DNA of 64,000 nucleotides from an uncultured Chloroflexia bacterium (GTDB taxonomy: Bacteria; Chloroflexota; Anaerolineae; Anaerolineales; E44-bin32): contig CAWDZQ010000002.1 in the NCBI GenBank assembly GCA_963807065.1, positions 177,260 to 241,259 of the forward strand. The letters are read 5' to 3'. The notes beneath the pieces were generated by a model. The model searched no databases. It saw only the letters and a list, made by a program, of their open reading frames with translations, and was not told the origin of the DNA. How positions within the stretch are numbered: the stretch's first letter is position 1; the number at the start of each line of letters is the position of its first letter. Shown here piece by piece: positions 48,499-57,471 of the stretch. The translations under genes and the position numbers were made by a program.

Positions 48499-50139
48499 AT
48501 GCCAGACTTCGACACGATCGTCATAGGCTCCGGGGCGGGTGGTATGACGGCTGGGATCGCCCTGGCGCGCTCGGGCCAGCGGGTGCTGGTTTGCGAGCAG
48601 CACGAAGTGGCAGGAGGGTGGCTGCACTCCTTCACTTTGGATGGCCACCGCTTCAACACTGGCGTGCACTACATCGGTGAGCTTGGTCCTGGTGAGATGC
48701 TGCGCCGGATCTACGAGGGGCTCGGACTTTCGAACGACCTGGCGTTTATGGAGCTGAACCCTGATGGATACGACCACATCCTGGTAGGAGATCAGCGCCT
48801 TGACATCCCGAAAGGAAAGGACGCCTATCTGGCGCGCTTGAAAGATTCGTTCCCTCATGAAGCGAAGGGAATTGAGCGCCTGTTTGGCACCACAACCGAT
48901 GTCTTCTGGGCGCTGAAGAGGATGGTGGACGAAGACTGGCTCGCTTTGTTGGCGCGGCCGCGGGTGCTGCCCTGGTTCGCACGCTCTGGCGGGGTGTTGA
49001 TCGACCACTACATCGGCGACCGCACGTTGCGTGCATTGCTCAAGGGACAGGCGGGGGCCCATGGGATGGCTCCGAACTTGGTGTCATCGGCGCTGCATGC
49101 CGCCATCATTCACCACTACATTGAAGGTGCCTATCATCCACTTGGCGGCGGGATGGCCATCGCTCGCGCCGGCGTTCGGGCCCTCAAGCGGGCTGGTGGG
49201 GAAATCCGTCTGCAGGCACCTGTGAGTCGTGTCCTATTGGACGGAAGGCAAGCAGTTGGGGTCGAATTGGCGACGGGTGAGCGCCTGTCCTCAGCCAGTG
49301 TGATCAGCAACGCAGATCCTCACGGGACCTTTATTAATCTGATCGGTCGCCACCATCTCAGCCGTCACCTATGCCGCAAGCTGGATCGGGTTGGCTACTC
49401 GACGTCGTGCCTGAGCCTGTACTTGGTCGTAGATTGTGATCTCGAAGCGATGGGATTGGATTCGGGTAACTACTACATTCACAGTCATGATGATGTTGAC
49501 GGGATCTTCGGACGAGCAGCGACCAATCGGGCGCTGACCGAGCCTCCGGAACTCGTCTTCATGACGGTTACCAGCATGAAGGATCCGAGCAAGTATCGTC
49601 CGGGACAACACCAAATCGAGGTCTTCTGCTTCGCCGACTATGATCCGTTTGCCCGCTGGGAGAACCAGCCTTCCGGTGATCGTGATACAGAGTATCAGCA
49701 GCTGAAGTCGTCGATCAGCCAGCGGATGATCGAGTTCGTCGATCGACGGTTCTCTGGCATCAAGCATGCCATCATCTTCCAGGCGCTTGGCACCCCGTTA
49801 ACCAACCGCTACTATGTACGGGCGCACTTGGGCAACATCTACGGGATCGATAAGGGGATCTGGCAGGCGGGGCCGCTCGGCTTCCGGACCCGGACAGAGT
49901 TCAAGAACTTGTACTTGTGCGGTGCCAGTACGATGGCGCATGGTGTGGCCTACGCCAGCAATTCAGGGCTGACGGCGGCGTCCAAGATCCTTGGCTGTCG
50001 GCCCGATGACCTTCTCACCGGCACCGGGCCCGAACTGGCCATCTTCCAGTGCGAGGACCCAACGACTTGGCCAGCCAGATACCGACGAGAGCTGCCAGTG
50101 GAGGGCGAACGAGTCCACTCCTTAGGGTCGGCAGCCTAG
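48499..50139 (+). CDS. FAD/NAD(P)-dependent oxidoreductase of the phytoene-desaturase (CrtI-like) family
   Basis: Has an N-terminal dinucleotide fold (DTIVIGSGAGGMTAGIALARSG) and a 546-aa CrtI-like architecture. GGAGGAGGG lies upstream of the ATG. Confidence 0.85.
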   Translation: MPDFDTIVIGSGAGGMTAGIALARSGQRVLVCEQHEVAGGWLHSFTLDGHRFNTGVHYIGELGPGEMLRRIYEGLGLSNDLAFMELNPDGYDHILVGDQRLDIPKGKDAYLARLKDSFPHEAKGIERLFGTTTDVFWALKRMVDEDWLALLARPRVLPWFARSGGVLIDHYIGDRTLRALLKGQAGAHGMAPNLVSSALHAAIIHHYIEGAYHPLGGGMAIARAGVRALKRAGGEIRLQAPVSRVLLDGRQAVGVELATGERLSSASVISNADPHGTFINLIGRHHLSRHLCRKLDRVGYSTSCLSLYLVVDCDLEAMGLDSGNYYIHSHDDVDGIFGRAATNRALTEPPELVFMTVTSMKDPSKYRPGQHQIEVFCFADYDPFARWENQPSGDRDTEYQQLKSSISQRMIEFVDRRFSGIKHAIIFQALGTPLTNRYYVRAHLGNIYGIDKGIWQAGPLGFRTRTEFKNLYLCGASTMAHGVAYASNSGLTAASKILGCRPDDLLTGTGPELAIFQCEDPTTWPARYRRELPVEGERVHSLGSAA

Positions 50140-51050
50140 CCAGCCCCCTCTGTCTCTGGAACGGAGGTCATCAGGCGCAAACGGCCACGCCTCCATCTGC
50201 TCGGAACTGTTTTCCGCCGACGATCATGGTCCTCCCTACCTGGATGACCTTGTCCCTAGGACCCACAGATGGACCGCGTCTGCCAGATTCCGCATGTTCT
50301 AGCCGGGCAGGGATCTGTTCTCGTTGACATCTGACCGATGAAACCATACAGTCCGAATGCTCTTTGAAACAGGTGGGAGTAGGAATTCTCCTGACGACAC
50401 TGTTTATTGAAGTGGAGACTTGGTCAATGTGGATAGGAATGGGGAAGGTCGGGCCGACAATCTGTACCGACACGTGGATCGGATGGCCGCAGCCGCGGAT
50501 CTCTACCCGGTTTCGGTGAAAAACGGCAATCAGTTCTCACTCGGCATTCGCCCGATGATGTTAAGGAATTCTCCACCGGCAGCCGCCCTCGGGCTGCCTC
50601 TGCGGGCCGAAGCGAATGTTGCCGCGATGCCTCCCGGCAGACACTTCGCTGGGGTCAATCTCCGCAATCGGATATCTTTCCAGCCGTCACCCGATCACGA
50701 TGGGCAAAGTCCCCCGGGCTGGGTCGGGGGCTGGAAGAACCGCTTGGGGACCTGCCGACCGAACTGATTTGGTGCGCTTCCCTCCCGCCCCACTCGCTGG
50801 AGAATGTCAGCCGCTCTGGTCTCACGCTTTGTGCTGTCGAAGTCAAGCGGGACTCACCCCAATGCGCAGCACGGATCTCGGGGCTGTGGCTCGGAGGGGG
50901 ACCGCCCTGCGGGCCAGGCTGTGAACCGTCAGCCGCACCCGACGCCGTCGCCAAAAAACCGCTTCTCGCTCACCTGGCTCCGTAGCTGCATCCCAAGGGC
51001 AGGATGTTGGAGCAGGAGGCGCCGAGCTGTCGGGCACGTGCCCGAAGCGC

Positions 51051-51545
51051 TTACTCCCCGATGATCTGCAACCTCACCTTGCGCTCCCGACCTCGGGTCT
51101 GGTCGAAATCGGCGAAGTAGATCCTGCCGAATTCCCCCAGCACCATGGCACCGCCTTCCAATGGCACCAACACCGAACGGCCGAGGATTACCGACCGGAG
51201 ATGCGCGTCGGTGTTAAGCGACCAGGAAGCCAGCTCGTCTCGCCCCAGCGCGGCCTCAATGTGCTTTGGCCCCGGGTGAAGATACTGATTCTGGGTCAAG
51301 CAGGTGGGTATGATCTTCCCCAATGCTCCGACCAGGTCCTGCATCAGGAATTCCGTCCCCCAGTAGTCGGTGTCGTCCGAAGCCTCCTGGAGCAACACAC
51401 TGCAGGTGGTGTGCTGCGAGAAGACCATCAGGATTCCATCACGGATTCCGGAGTCGGACACGGCTGCTTCGACTCGCTCGGTCACATCGTCGAAGGTCGG
51501 CCTCGGCTCGGATTGGATGGTGAACGTGTGATGATAGATGGTCAT
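51051..51545 (-). CDS. YjbQ/UPF0047-family protein
   Basis: Has FSQHTTCSVLLQE and DAHLRSVILG motifs typical of YjbQ-like proteins. The start is at 51545. Confidence 0.78.
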   Translation of the reverse strand: MTIYHHTFTIQSEPRPTFDDVTERVEAAVSDSGIRDGILMVFSQHTTCSVLLQEASDDTDYWGTEFLMQDLVGALGKIIPTCLTQNQYLHPGPKHIEAALGRDELASWSLNTDAHLRSVILGRSVLVPLEGGAMVLGEFGRIYFADFDQTRGRERKVRLQIIGE

Positions 51546-51559
51546 AGCAAAGTCACCTT

Positions 51560-52267
51560 TTATCTCCGGGTTTGGTCCCACGCCAGTCGGACGTTCGAGA
51601 TCATCTCTTCCAGCATCGAAAACGGATCGGGGGCCTTCAGGACACCGCTCGTTGACCCCGTCGCCTCGGCCCCATCGGCGATGATGTCGAAGACATCCTT
51701 ACCATTGCTGATCCCCGCGGCATGAAGGACTCGCGTCCCGGGGCTGATCCCGTGCACCAGCTGGTTGATGGCCGGGATGCTGAGCCGATCCTCCGCCGAC
51801 GTCGATCCCGCGCCGATCAGATCGGGCGACTCGGCGATAATGATGTTGGGGGACAACCGGCTCACCCTCTCGACTTCGCGCAAGTCCCCTGCACAGACGA
51901 GGGTGGCCAAACCGACCTCGTCCGCCCGCAAAATGGTCTCCTCCAGCACGTCCGGCAGCAGCGGCTTCTCCGCATGGTTGAGCATCGTTCCCTTGGCGCC
52001 GGCAGCCTTCAGGGCCTCCGGCAGCACGGAGCCGTTGCCCCTTCCAATGCGGATCGGGTCCATGTGTTGGGCGAAGATGAGCAGATGAGTGGTCTCCTTA
52101 ACCAGACTGGGTATATCGACCGCCTGGGGCGTCAGGATGATTCTGACGTCGTACTTCGCGCTCAGGGCATCGGCGTGCCGCGCCAAGGCCACCAGGTCAT
52201 CCCCAAAGATGTAGGCTTTGGGCCCAAGCTCGAAGAAAGGTGCCTCAAGAGCAAAATCCGAAATCAT
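51560..52267 (-). CDS. triose-phosphate-isomerase-family (archaeal-size, TIM-like) isomerase
   Basis: The 235-aa ORF has GTMLNHAEK (an NHSE-like catalytic His/Glu region) and an AESPDLIG segment. The substrate is unknown. Confidence 0.72.
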   Translation of the reverse strand: MISDFALEAPFFELGPKAYIFGDDLVALARHADALSAKYDVRIILTPQAVDIPSLVKETTHLLIFAQHMDPIRIGRGNGSVLPEALKAAGAKGTMLNHAEKPLLPDVLEETILRADEVGLATLVCAGDLREVERVSRLSPNIIIAESPDLIGAGSTSAEDRLSIPAINQLVHGISPGTRVLHAAGISNGKDVFDIIADGAEATGSTSGVLKAPDPFSMLEEMISNVRLAWDQTRR

Positions 52268-52357
52268 GCTTGCGCCCTTTCTTGGCTGGATTCTTCCCGG
52301 CCTGTTTCAAATCTCGGGGACAAGCGTTTCGGCCAATAGCCTGTCTTGAGATCTCGA

Positions 52358-53314
52358 CTAAGAGGCATCGGTCGGGGGAACAATGTCGAAGTCCCAAACC
52401 GGTGCGCCCAATGTCACCAAAGCGCTGCGAACCGTCTCGATTTGATCCGGCGGACACAGCGCGATCATGCAGCCGCCCCCTCCGGCGCCCATTTGTTTTG
52501 CCCCCCAGGCGCCGGTTTGTCTTGCCGTCTGGCAGAACAGTTCAAGCCGATCGGTCGATGTGCCCATGGCCAGTTCGAGCGCCTGTTGTCGGTCCATGAT
52601 GGCGCCGAGGCTTCCGAGATCGTCGTCAAGAATGGCGGCCCGGCCCTCCTCTACCAGCGCTACGACCTGATCCAGGGGACCCATCAGGCTGGGATCGCCC
52701 TCGGCTATTCGGCGCCGAAGCCACTTTTGCAGCGCCTGCGTGTCGTGCGACTCCTGCGTATCGGCCACCAGCACCGGCAGCGACGGGACAGGCAGGCGCT
52801 CTACCCCGGCTTCATCGCCGGTTTGGATGTAGGTTACCCCGCCGTATGCGATGGCATACTGATCCATGCGGCCGCATTCGACGTCCAGGTCATAGCGTTC
52901 AATTTGAAACGACAACTCTGCGATTTCGTCGGTGGTGTAGGTGACCCCGCTTAGCTGCTGCAACGCACGAATGCTTGCAATGCACAGAGCCGTTGAAGAT
53001 GACAATCCGGCGCTGACGGGGATCTCGGAATGAATGGTCAGGTCGAACCCATGCTCCAAACGATCCGCCAAGCGTGCGTAGACCGCCTTGACGTACTTGA
53101 GGGGAGAATCGAGTGCAACGGGGTCGCCGAGGTGAAATGATTCCTGGAAACCAATATCGGCTCCTGTCAAAACCACCAAATCGTCGTCGCGCTTTTCCAC
53201 CTCGACCGCCAGGATGGCAGACACAGCGGCGGCAATGGCCGGCTTCTCCAGGAGATCAGCGTTATCGCCCAGCAGACATATTCGGCCGGGCGCCTTCCCG
53301 ATCACAGACGTCAT
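52358..53314 (-). CDS. GHMP-family sugar kinase
   Basis: Has APGRICLLGDNADL (motif I), PVSAGLSSSTAL (motif II) and GAGGGGCM (motif III). Confidence 0.85.
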   Translation of the reverse strand: MTSVIGKAPGRICLLGDNADLLEKPAIAAAVSAILAVEVEKRDDDLVVLTGADIGFQESFHLGDPVALDSPLKYVKAVYARLADRLEHGFDLTIHSEIPVSAGLSSSTALCIASIRALQQLSGVTYTTDEIAELSFQIERYDLDVECGRMDQYAIAYGGVTYIQTGDEAGVERLPVPSLPVLVADTQESHDTQALQKWLRRRIAEGDPSLMGPLDQVVALVEEGRAAILDDDLGSLGAIMDRQQALELAMGTSTDRLELFCQTARQTGAWGAKQMGAGGGGCMIALCPPDQIETVRSALVTLGAPVWDFDIVPPTDAS

Positions 53315-53343
53315 CGATGCGCACCTCTTCGCTATGGGCAGGG

Positions 53344-53382
53344 CTCTGTGAGCCGGCAGATAAGAACTGCCGGCTCACAGAG
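53344..53382 (-). other. perfect 16-bp intercistronic hairpin
   Basis: ctctgtgagccggcag-ataagaa-ctgccggctcacagag lies between the binding-protein stop (53420) and the GHMP kinase start (53314). There is no U tract. Confidence 0.5.
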
Positions 53383-53419
53383 GCTAATCTTACGATCTTG
53401 CAGCAAACGCTCGACCGCC

Positions 53420-54532
53420 CTACTGGACGATCTGGCTCCATCCGTCGGCGATGTTCGTGGCCGCGTCCGTCAGCTTCGAGAAATCCTTGGGGAAGGTGAC
53501 GTACTGGTCGTAGATCGACTTCGCCGGAAACATCCCAGCCAAATCAGCCGGAAGCTCGATGTCGCGGATCGGATGCGTGAAGCCTTGGGCATAGGCCAGC
53601 TGGCCCTCGTCCGAGTATTCAAGTTCGAGCAACAGCTTGGCGGCATTCGGGTGCGGTGCGGCAACGGTGGCGAACTGGATGTACAACCCGGCCACCGTGC
53701 CATCACTGGGGATGACCAGCTGCAGCGGCATGCCCAGATCCTTGGCCTTACTCAGGCAGTCGAAATCCCAGAAGAGGGCAATGGGCACCTCACCTGCCTG
53801 GATGTTGGACGTGCTGGGGGAAACTGCTCGCATCTGGCCGGCGGCATACATCTGTGAGAAGTAGTCGAGGCCGGGCTGGACATTGGTCTCGTCGCCGCCG
53901 TTACCGAAGGCGGCACCCAGGACGACATAGTTGGCCGTTCCGGATTCCCGCGGATCCTTCATGGAAACCATGTCCTTATACATCGGATCCAGCAGGTCGG
54001 CCCAGCTCTGTGGGACCACGGGCACCAGATCCGTGTTGACGCAGAACCCGATGGCGCCCCAGTAGGCGGCTGACCACAGACCGTTCGGATCCTTGGCATA
54101 ATCAGGGATCTCGGACCAATGCGAGTTCTGGTAGGGTTGAGATAGGCCTTCGACCACGACCTGGTTGGCGAAGTTGATGCCCAGGTCGGTGATATCGGCC
54201 ACGCCGGAGGTCTTCTCAGCTTCCAGTGCGGAGATGATCTCGCCACTGCCCATGTCGGTGTCCAGATGCTGGATACCGTACTTGCTCTCATACACGGACC
54301 ACATGCCGCCGTAGTTCACCCAGTCATCGGGGAGACCGTAGCTGACGATCTCGCCTTCGGCCTTGGCTGCGTCGACAAGCCCCGCCATCATGTCAGCGGG
54401 CGCCTCGGTCGGCTGCATCGCCGGTGCTTCCGTGGGCTGCGCCTGCGTCGTGGGCGGTGCCGTTTGGCAGGCCGGCAACAACACCATCGAGGCTACGACC
54501 AAGAGCGCGAGGATTTGCATGCTCTTCTTCAT
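53420..54532 (-). CDS. ABC transporter substrate-binding lipoprotein (PotD/Fe3+-type, PBP2 fold)
   Basis: The start at 54532 has AAGGAGGG upstream. Has a lipoprotein signal (VLLPAC) and a Thr/Pro/Ala linker. Confidence 0.85.
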   Translation of the reverse strand: MKKSMQILALLVVASMVLLPACQTAPPTTQAQPTEAPAMQPTEAPADMMAGLVDAAKAEGEIVSYGLPDDWVNYGGMWSVYESKYGIQHLDTDMGSGEIISALEAEKTSGVADITDLGINFANQVVVEGLSQPYQNSHWSEIPDYAKDPNGLWSAAYWGAIGFCVNTDLVPVVPQSWADLLDPMYKDMVSMKDPRESGTANYVVLGAAFGNGGDETNVQPGLDYFSQMYAAGQMRAVSPSTSNIQAGEVPIALFWDFDCLSKAKDLGMPLQLVIPSDGTVAGLYIQFATVAAPHPNAAKLLLELEYSDEGQLAYAQGFTHPIRDIELPADLAGMFPAKSIYDQYVTFPKDFSKLTDAATNIADGWSQIVQ

Positions 54533-54655
54533 TGTTCCCTCCTTGAGGGCAGTTAGGATGTTCACATGCACGGATTGAGGTCACTCTTTCATGAGTTTGA
54601 AATGCTGCCTGTCTCACCTCCTCGTTTCAAGTGCCTGCCATCGGCCACAATGGTT

Positions 54656-55736
54656 TCAGGACTCCTGCTCGCGCATCACGCGGCAAGCACTGGCCTGGAA
54701 ACAGACCAGCACGTCTTCGCCGCGCGCAAATCGACTGCGTTCGTTGGTGTTTACATCGGCCACCAGAGGCAGGCCGTGACAGGTCAGCGACAGCCGGATG
54801 ACTGGGCCCAAAAGGGTCACGCTCTCCAGAGTCGCAGGCAAGATGTTGTCGGCTTGCACGGGTTCTCCGGCTTGGGCGATCCGAATCGCTTCCGGGCGGA
54901 CAAACACGTTGACCCGTTCTCCTTCACCGAATTCGGGGCTCAGGTCCCTGCCCACCACCAGCTCGACGTCACCAGCCCGAACCCGACCAGCTCGCCCATC
55001 ATCCACAACCGCTTCGAATCTTGTCGTGGTCCCGATAAAAGTGGCCACAAACTGTGTCTTCGGTGAGGTGTAGATCTCGATCGGTGTGCCGATCTGCTCG
55101 ATTTCGGCCCTGCGCATCACCACCACCCGATCGGAGATCGAGAGCGCTTCCTCCTGGTCGTGGGTGACGTAGACCGTGGTAATTCCCAGCTGAGATTGGA
55201 TCCGCCGAATCTCCTGTCGCAAACTCACCCGTACAACCGCATCCAGGGCGCTCAGCGGTTCGTCCAGCAGGAGCACTTTGGGCTCGATCGCCAACGCCCT
55301 GGCCAAGGCCACTCGCTGCTGTTGGCCTCCACTGAGCTCCGCAGGGTATTTCTGGCTGGCGTCCCCCAGCCCGACCAGATCCAGCAGCTCCACGACCCGT
55401 TGGTTGATCTGGCTGGCGGACTGCTTAGACACTCTTAGACCGAAGGCCACATTGCCCCAGGCAGTCATGTTGGGGAATAGGGCATACGACTGGAAGACCA
55501 TTCCCATGCCTCTGTGGTGTGGCGGCACCTCGGTGATGTCCTCCCCATCGAGACGGACGGTCCCTCGGTTGGGAGTTCTCGAAACCGGCGATGATCCGAA
55601 GCGTCGTTGTCTTGCCGCACCCCGACGGCCCAAGCAGGGATATGAACTCGCCTTTGTCGACGACGAGGTTGAAATCGCTGACGGCATCCACCTCGCCATA
55701 AGTCTTGACCAGGCCATCCAGCTCCAGGTAACTCAT
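54656..55736 (-). pseudogene. ABC transporter ATP-binding protein (PotA/MalK-like), split by one frameshift
   Basis: The Walker A part (MSYLELDGL...[16 protein letters not shown]) is in the tail of ORF 55425..56066 from ATG 55736, which overlaps the permease stop as ATGA. The rest ([11 protein letters not shown]..., LSGGQQQRVALARAL, LLLDEPLSALD) is in ORF 54656..55717. The join is at about 55575. Confidence 0.85.
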
Positions 55737-56593
55737 ACCGTCCCTCCAACCGACGCCTGCTTTGACGCGAGCTCGCCTTTGACGTCTCGCCCGGCGCCAC
55801 GCCGTGTCCCCCAAGTGGCGACCCACAAGATAACCAGCGAAGTCACCCACGCGACGGTGAAGCTGATCACCGAGTACGCCGAGGCAATCCTGCCGTCCCG
55901 GCGCGTGTAGTACACAAGCTGCATCGGGAATGTCTTGAATCTGGCGCCCACAAGCAGGGTGGCCAAGGTGAACTCTCCGAAAACTGTGGCGAAGACGAGC
56001 AATCCGCCGCTCAGAATCCCAGGCATGATATTGGGAAGAATGACCTGTACCAGGGTCCTCGGCCATGATGCGCCGAGACTCTGGGCGGCTTCCGTCAGCC
56101 TGCGGACGTCAACTGCCTCCAGGCTGCTGGCCACAGGCCGATACATGAACGGAAGCGTGAAGATGACATAGGCCAGGACCAGCATAGGCGGCGTGCGCGC
56201 AAGCTGCAGGGGCCCTTGCCCGTACAGCTTGATCAGGCCCAGGGCCAACACCACCGCCGGGATCGCAAAAGGCAGGGTGGAGATCAGGTTCAACAGGGGC
56301 AGCGCCCGCGGCAGTCGGAGGTGAACCCAATAGGCAGTGGGCACAATCAGGACCACGCTGGTGAGGACCGTGGCCGCGGAGAGCGTGATGGAATGGGTAA
56401 AAACGATCAGGAACCATCGATCCTGGAACGCCGTCCGGTACCAATCAAGCGTCAACCCCTCAGGCAGGATGGACCGATCCCATCTGACGGCTACCGAGAA
56501 GATGTAGGTGGCCAAAATGGGCAAGAACATGTAGCCCAGGAAGAGGAGGATGCTGACCGTCCCAGCCGGGTTCCTGTTCTTCACTGACGCCAC
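55733..56593 (-). CDS. ABC transporter permease (PotC-like)
   Basis: The 286-aa ORF has 6 TM helices and an EAA-like loop ([22 protein letters not shown]). Confidence 0.85.
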   Translation of the reverse strand: MASVKNRNPAGTVSILLFLGYMFLPILATYIFSVAVRWDRSILPEGLTLDWYRTAFQDRWFLIVFTHSITLSAATVLTSVVLIVPTAYWVHLRLPRALPLLNLISTLPFAIPAVVLALGLIKLYGQGPLQLARTPPMLVLAYVIFTLPFMYRPVASSLEAVDVRRLTEAAQSLGASWPRTLVQVILPNIMPGILSGGLLVFATVFGEFTLATLLVGARFKTFPMQLVYYTRRDGRIASAYSVISFTVAWVTSLVILWVATWGTRRGAGRDVKGELASKQASVGGTV

Positions 56594-57456
56594 CTTCGGG
56601 CACGACGTGCCGCGAGTTGGTACAAGGTGATCGTGAGACCCATCAAAGTGAGAGTCAGCACACCCATGGCATCGCCGGCTCCGGGATCACGCAGGACCTC
56701 GCCCGTCAAGAGGGAGCCGAGCTGCAATGTCACCAGGTTGAAACGCGACCCGGTGAGCGTATAGGCTGTTGCATACGCGCCGAACGCATTCGCAAACAGC
56801 AGGAGCAAGTTGGCCAGGATCGCCGGGGCAAGAATGGGCAAGCCGATGTAACGCCAGTAGGCGCGGGCGTTGCCGCCCAGACTCAGGGCAGCTTCGCGCC
56901 ACTCGTCCTTCAATCCGGCGATGGCCGGAAGAACCAGAAGAACCATCAGCGGAAGTTGAAAATACGTGTAGGCGAGGACCAATCCCCAAAACGAATAGAC
57001 ACTGAAGTCGGGGTAGATCTTCCAGCCAAAGTACTGTGTCAAGAACAAGGTCAGGACCCCGTTGCTTCCGAGTACGACAATGAAGGCAAAGGCGAGCGGA
57101 GCACCCGAAAAATTGGAGGTTACGTCACACAGAGTTATCACCAATTCCTTGATCCGCCCGCTTCTGATCCGGAAGGTGAAGTAGCCCACGGCCGTCCCAA
57201 GCAGGGTGCCCAAGAGCGCCGTGATCCCAGATAGAAGAATGCTGTTTCGGAAGGATTGTGTGTAGAGGGGTGCCCTCATCGCGAGATAGTTGTCGAGGGT
57301 CAACAATCCCTCTCTCGACCTGAAGCTGCCCTCGAGCATGAACGAGAGGGGCAGGACCATGATCGCCAAAGTGATGACGAGGAAGGGAATCAAAGGCAGC
57401 CAATTCCACCAACCCCCATAAGAAGACCGTACCTTGGTCCTGAAATTGGCTAGCAC
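56581..57456 (-). CDS. ABC transporter permease (PotB-like)
   Basis: The 291-aa ORF has an EAA-like loop (WREAALSLGGNARAYWRYIGLP). The GTG start has GGAGG 7 nt upstream. Confidence 0.85.
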   Translation of the reverse strand: MLANFRTKVRSSYGGWWNWLPLIPFLVITLAIMVLPLSFMLEGSFRSREGLLTLDNYLAMRAPLYTQSFRNSILLSGITALLGTLLGTAVGYFTFRIRSGRIKELVITLCDVTSNFSGAPLAFAFIVVLGSNGVLTLFLTQYFGWKIYPDFSVYSFWGLVLAYTYFQLPLMVLLVLPAIAGLKDEWREAALSLGGNARAYWRYIGLPILAPAILANLLLLFANAFGAYATAYTLTGSRFNLVTLQLGSLLTGEVLRDPGAGDAMGVLTLTLMGLTITLYQLAARRARRWRQ

Positions 57457-57471
57457 TGCCTGCCCTCCGGG

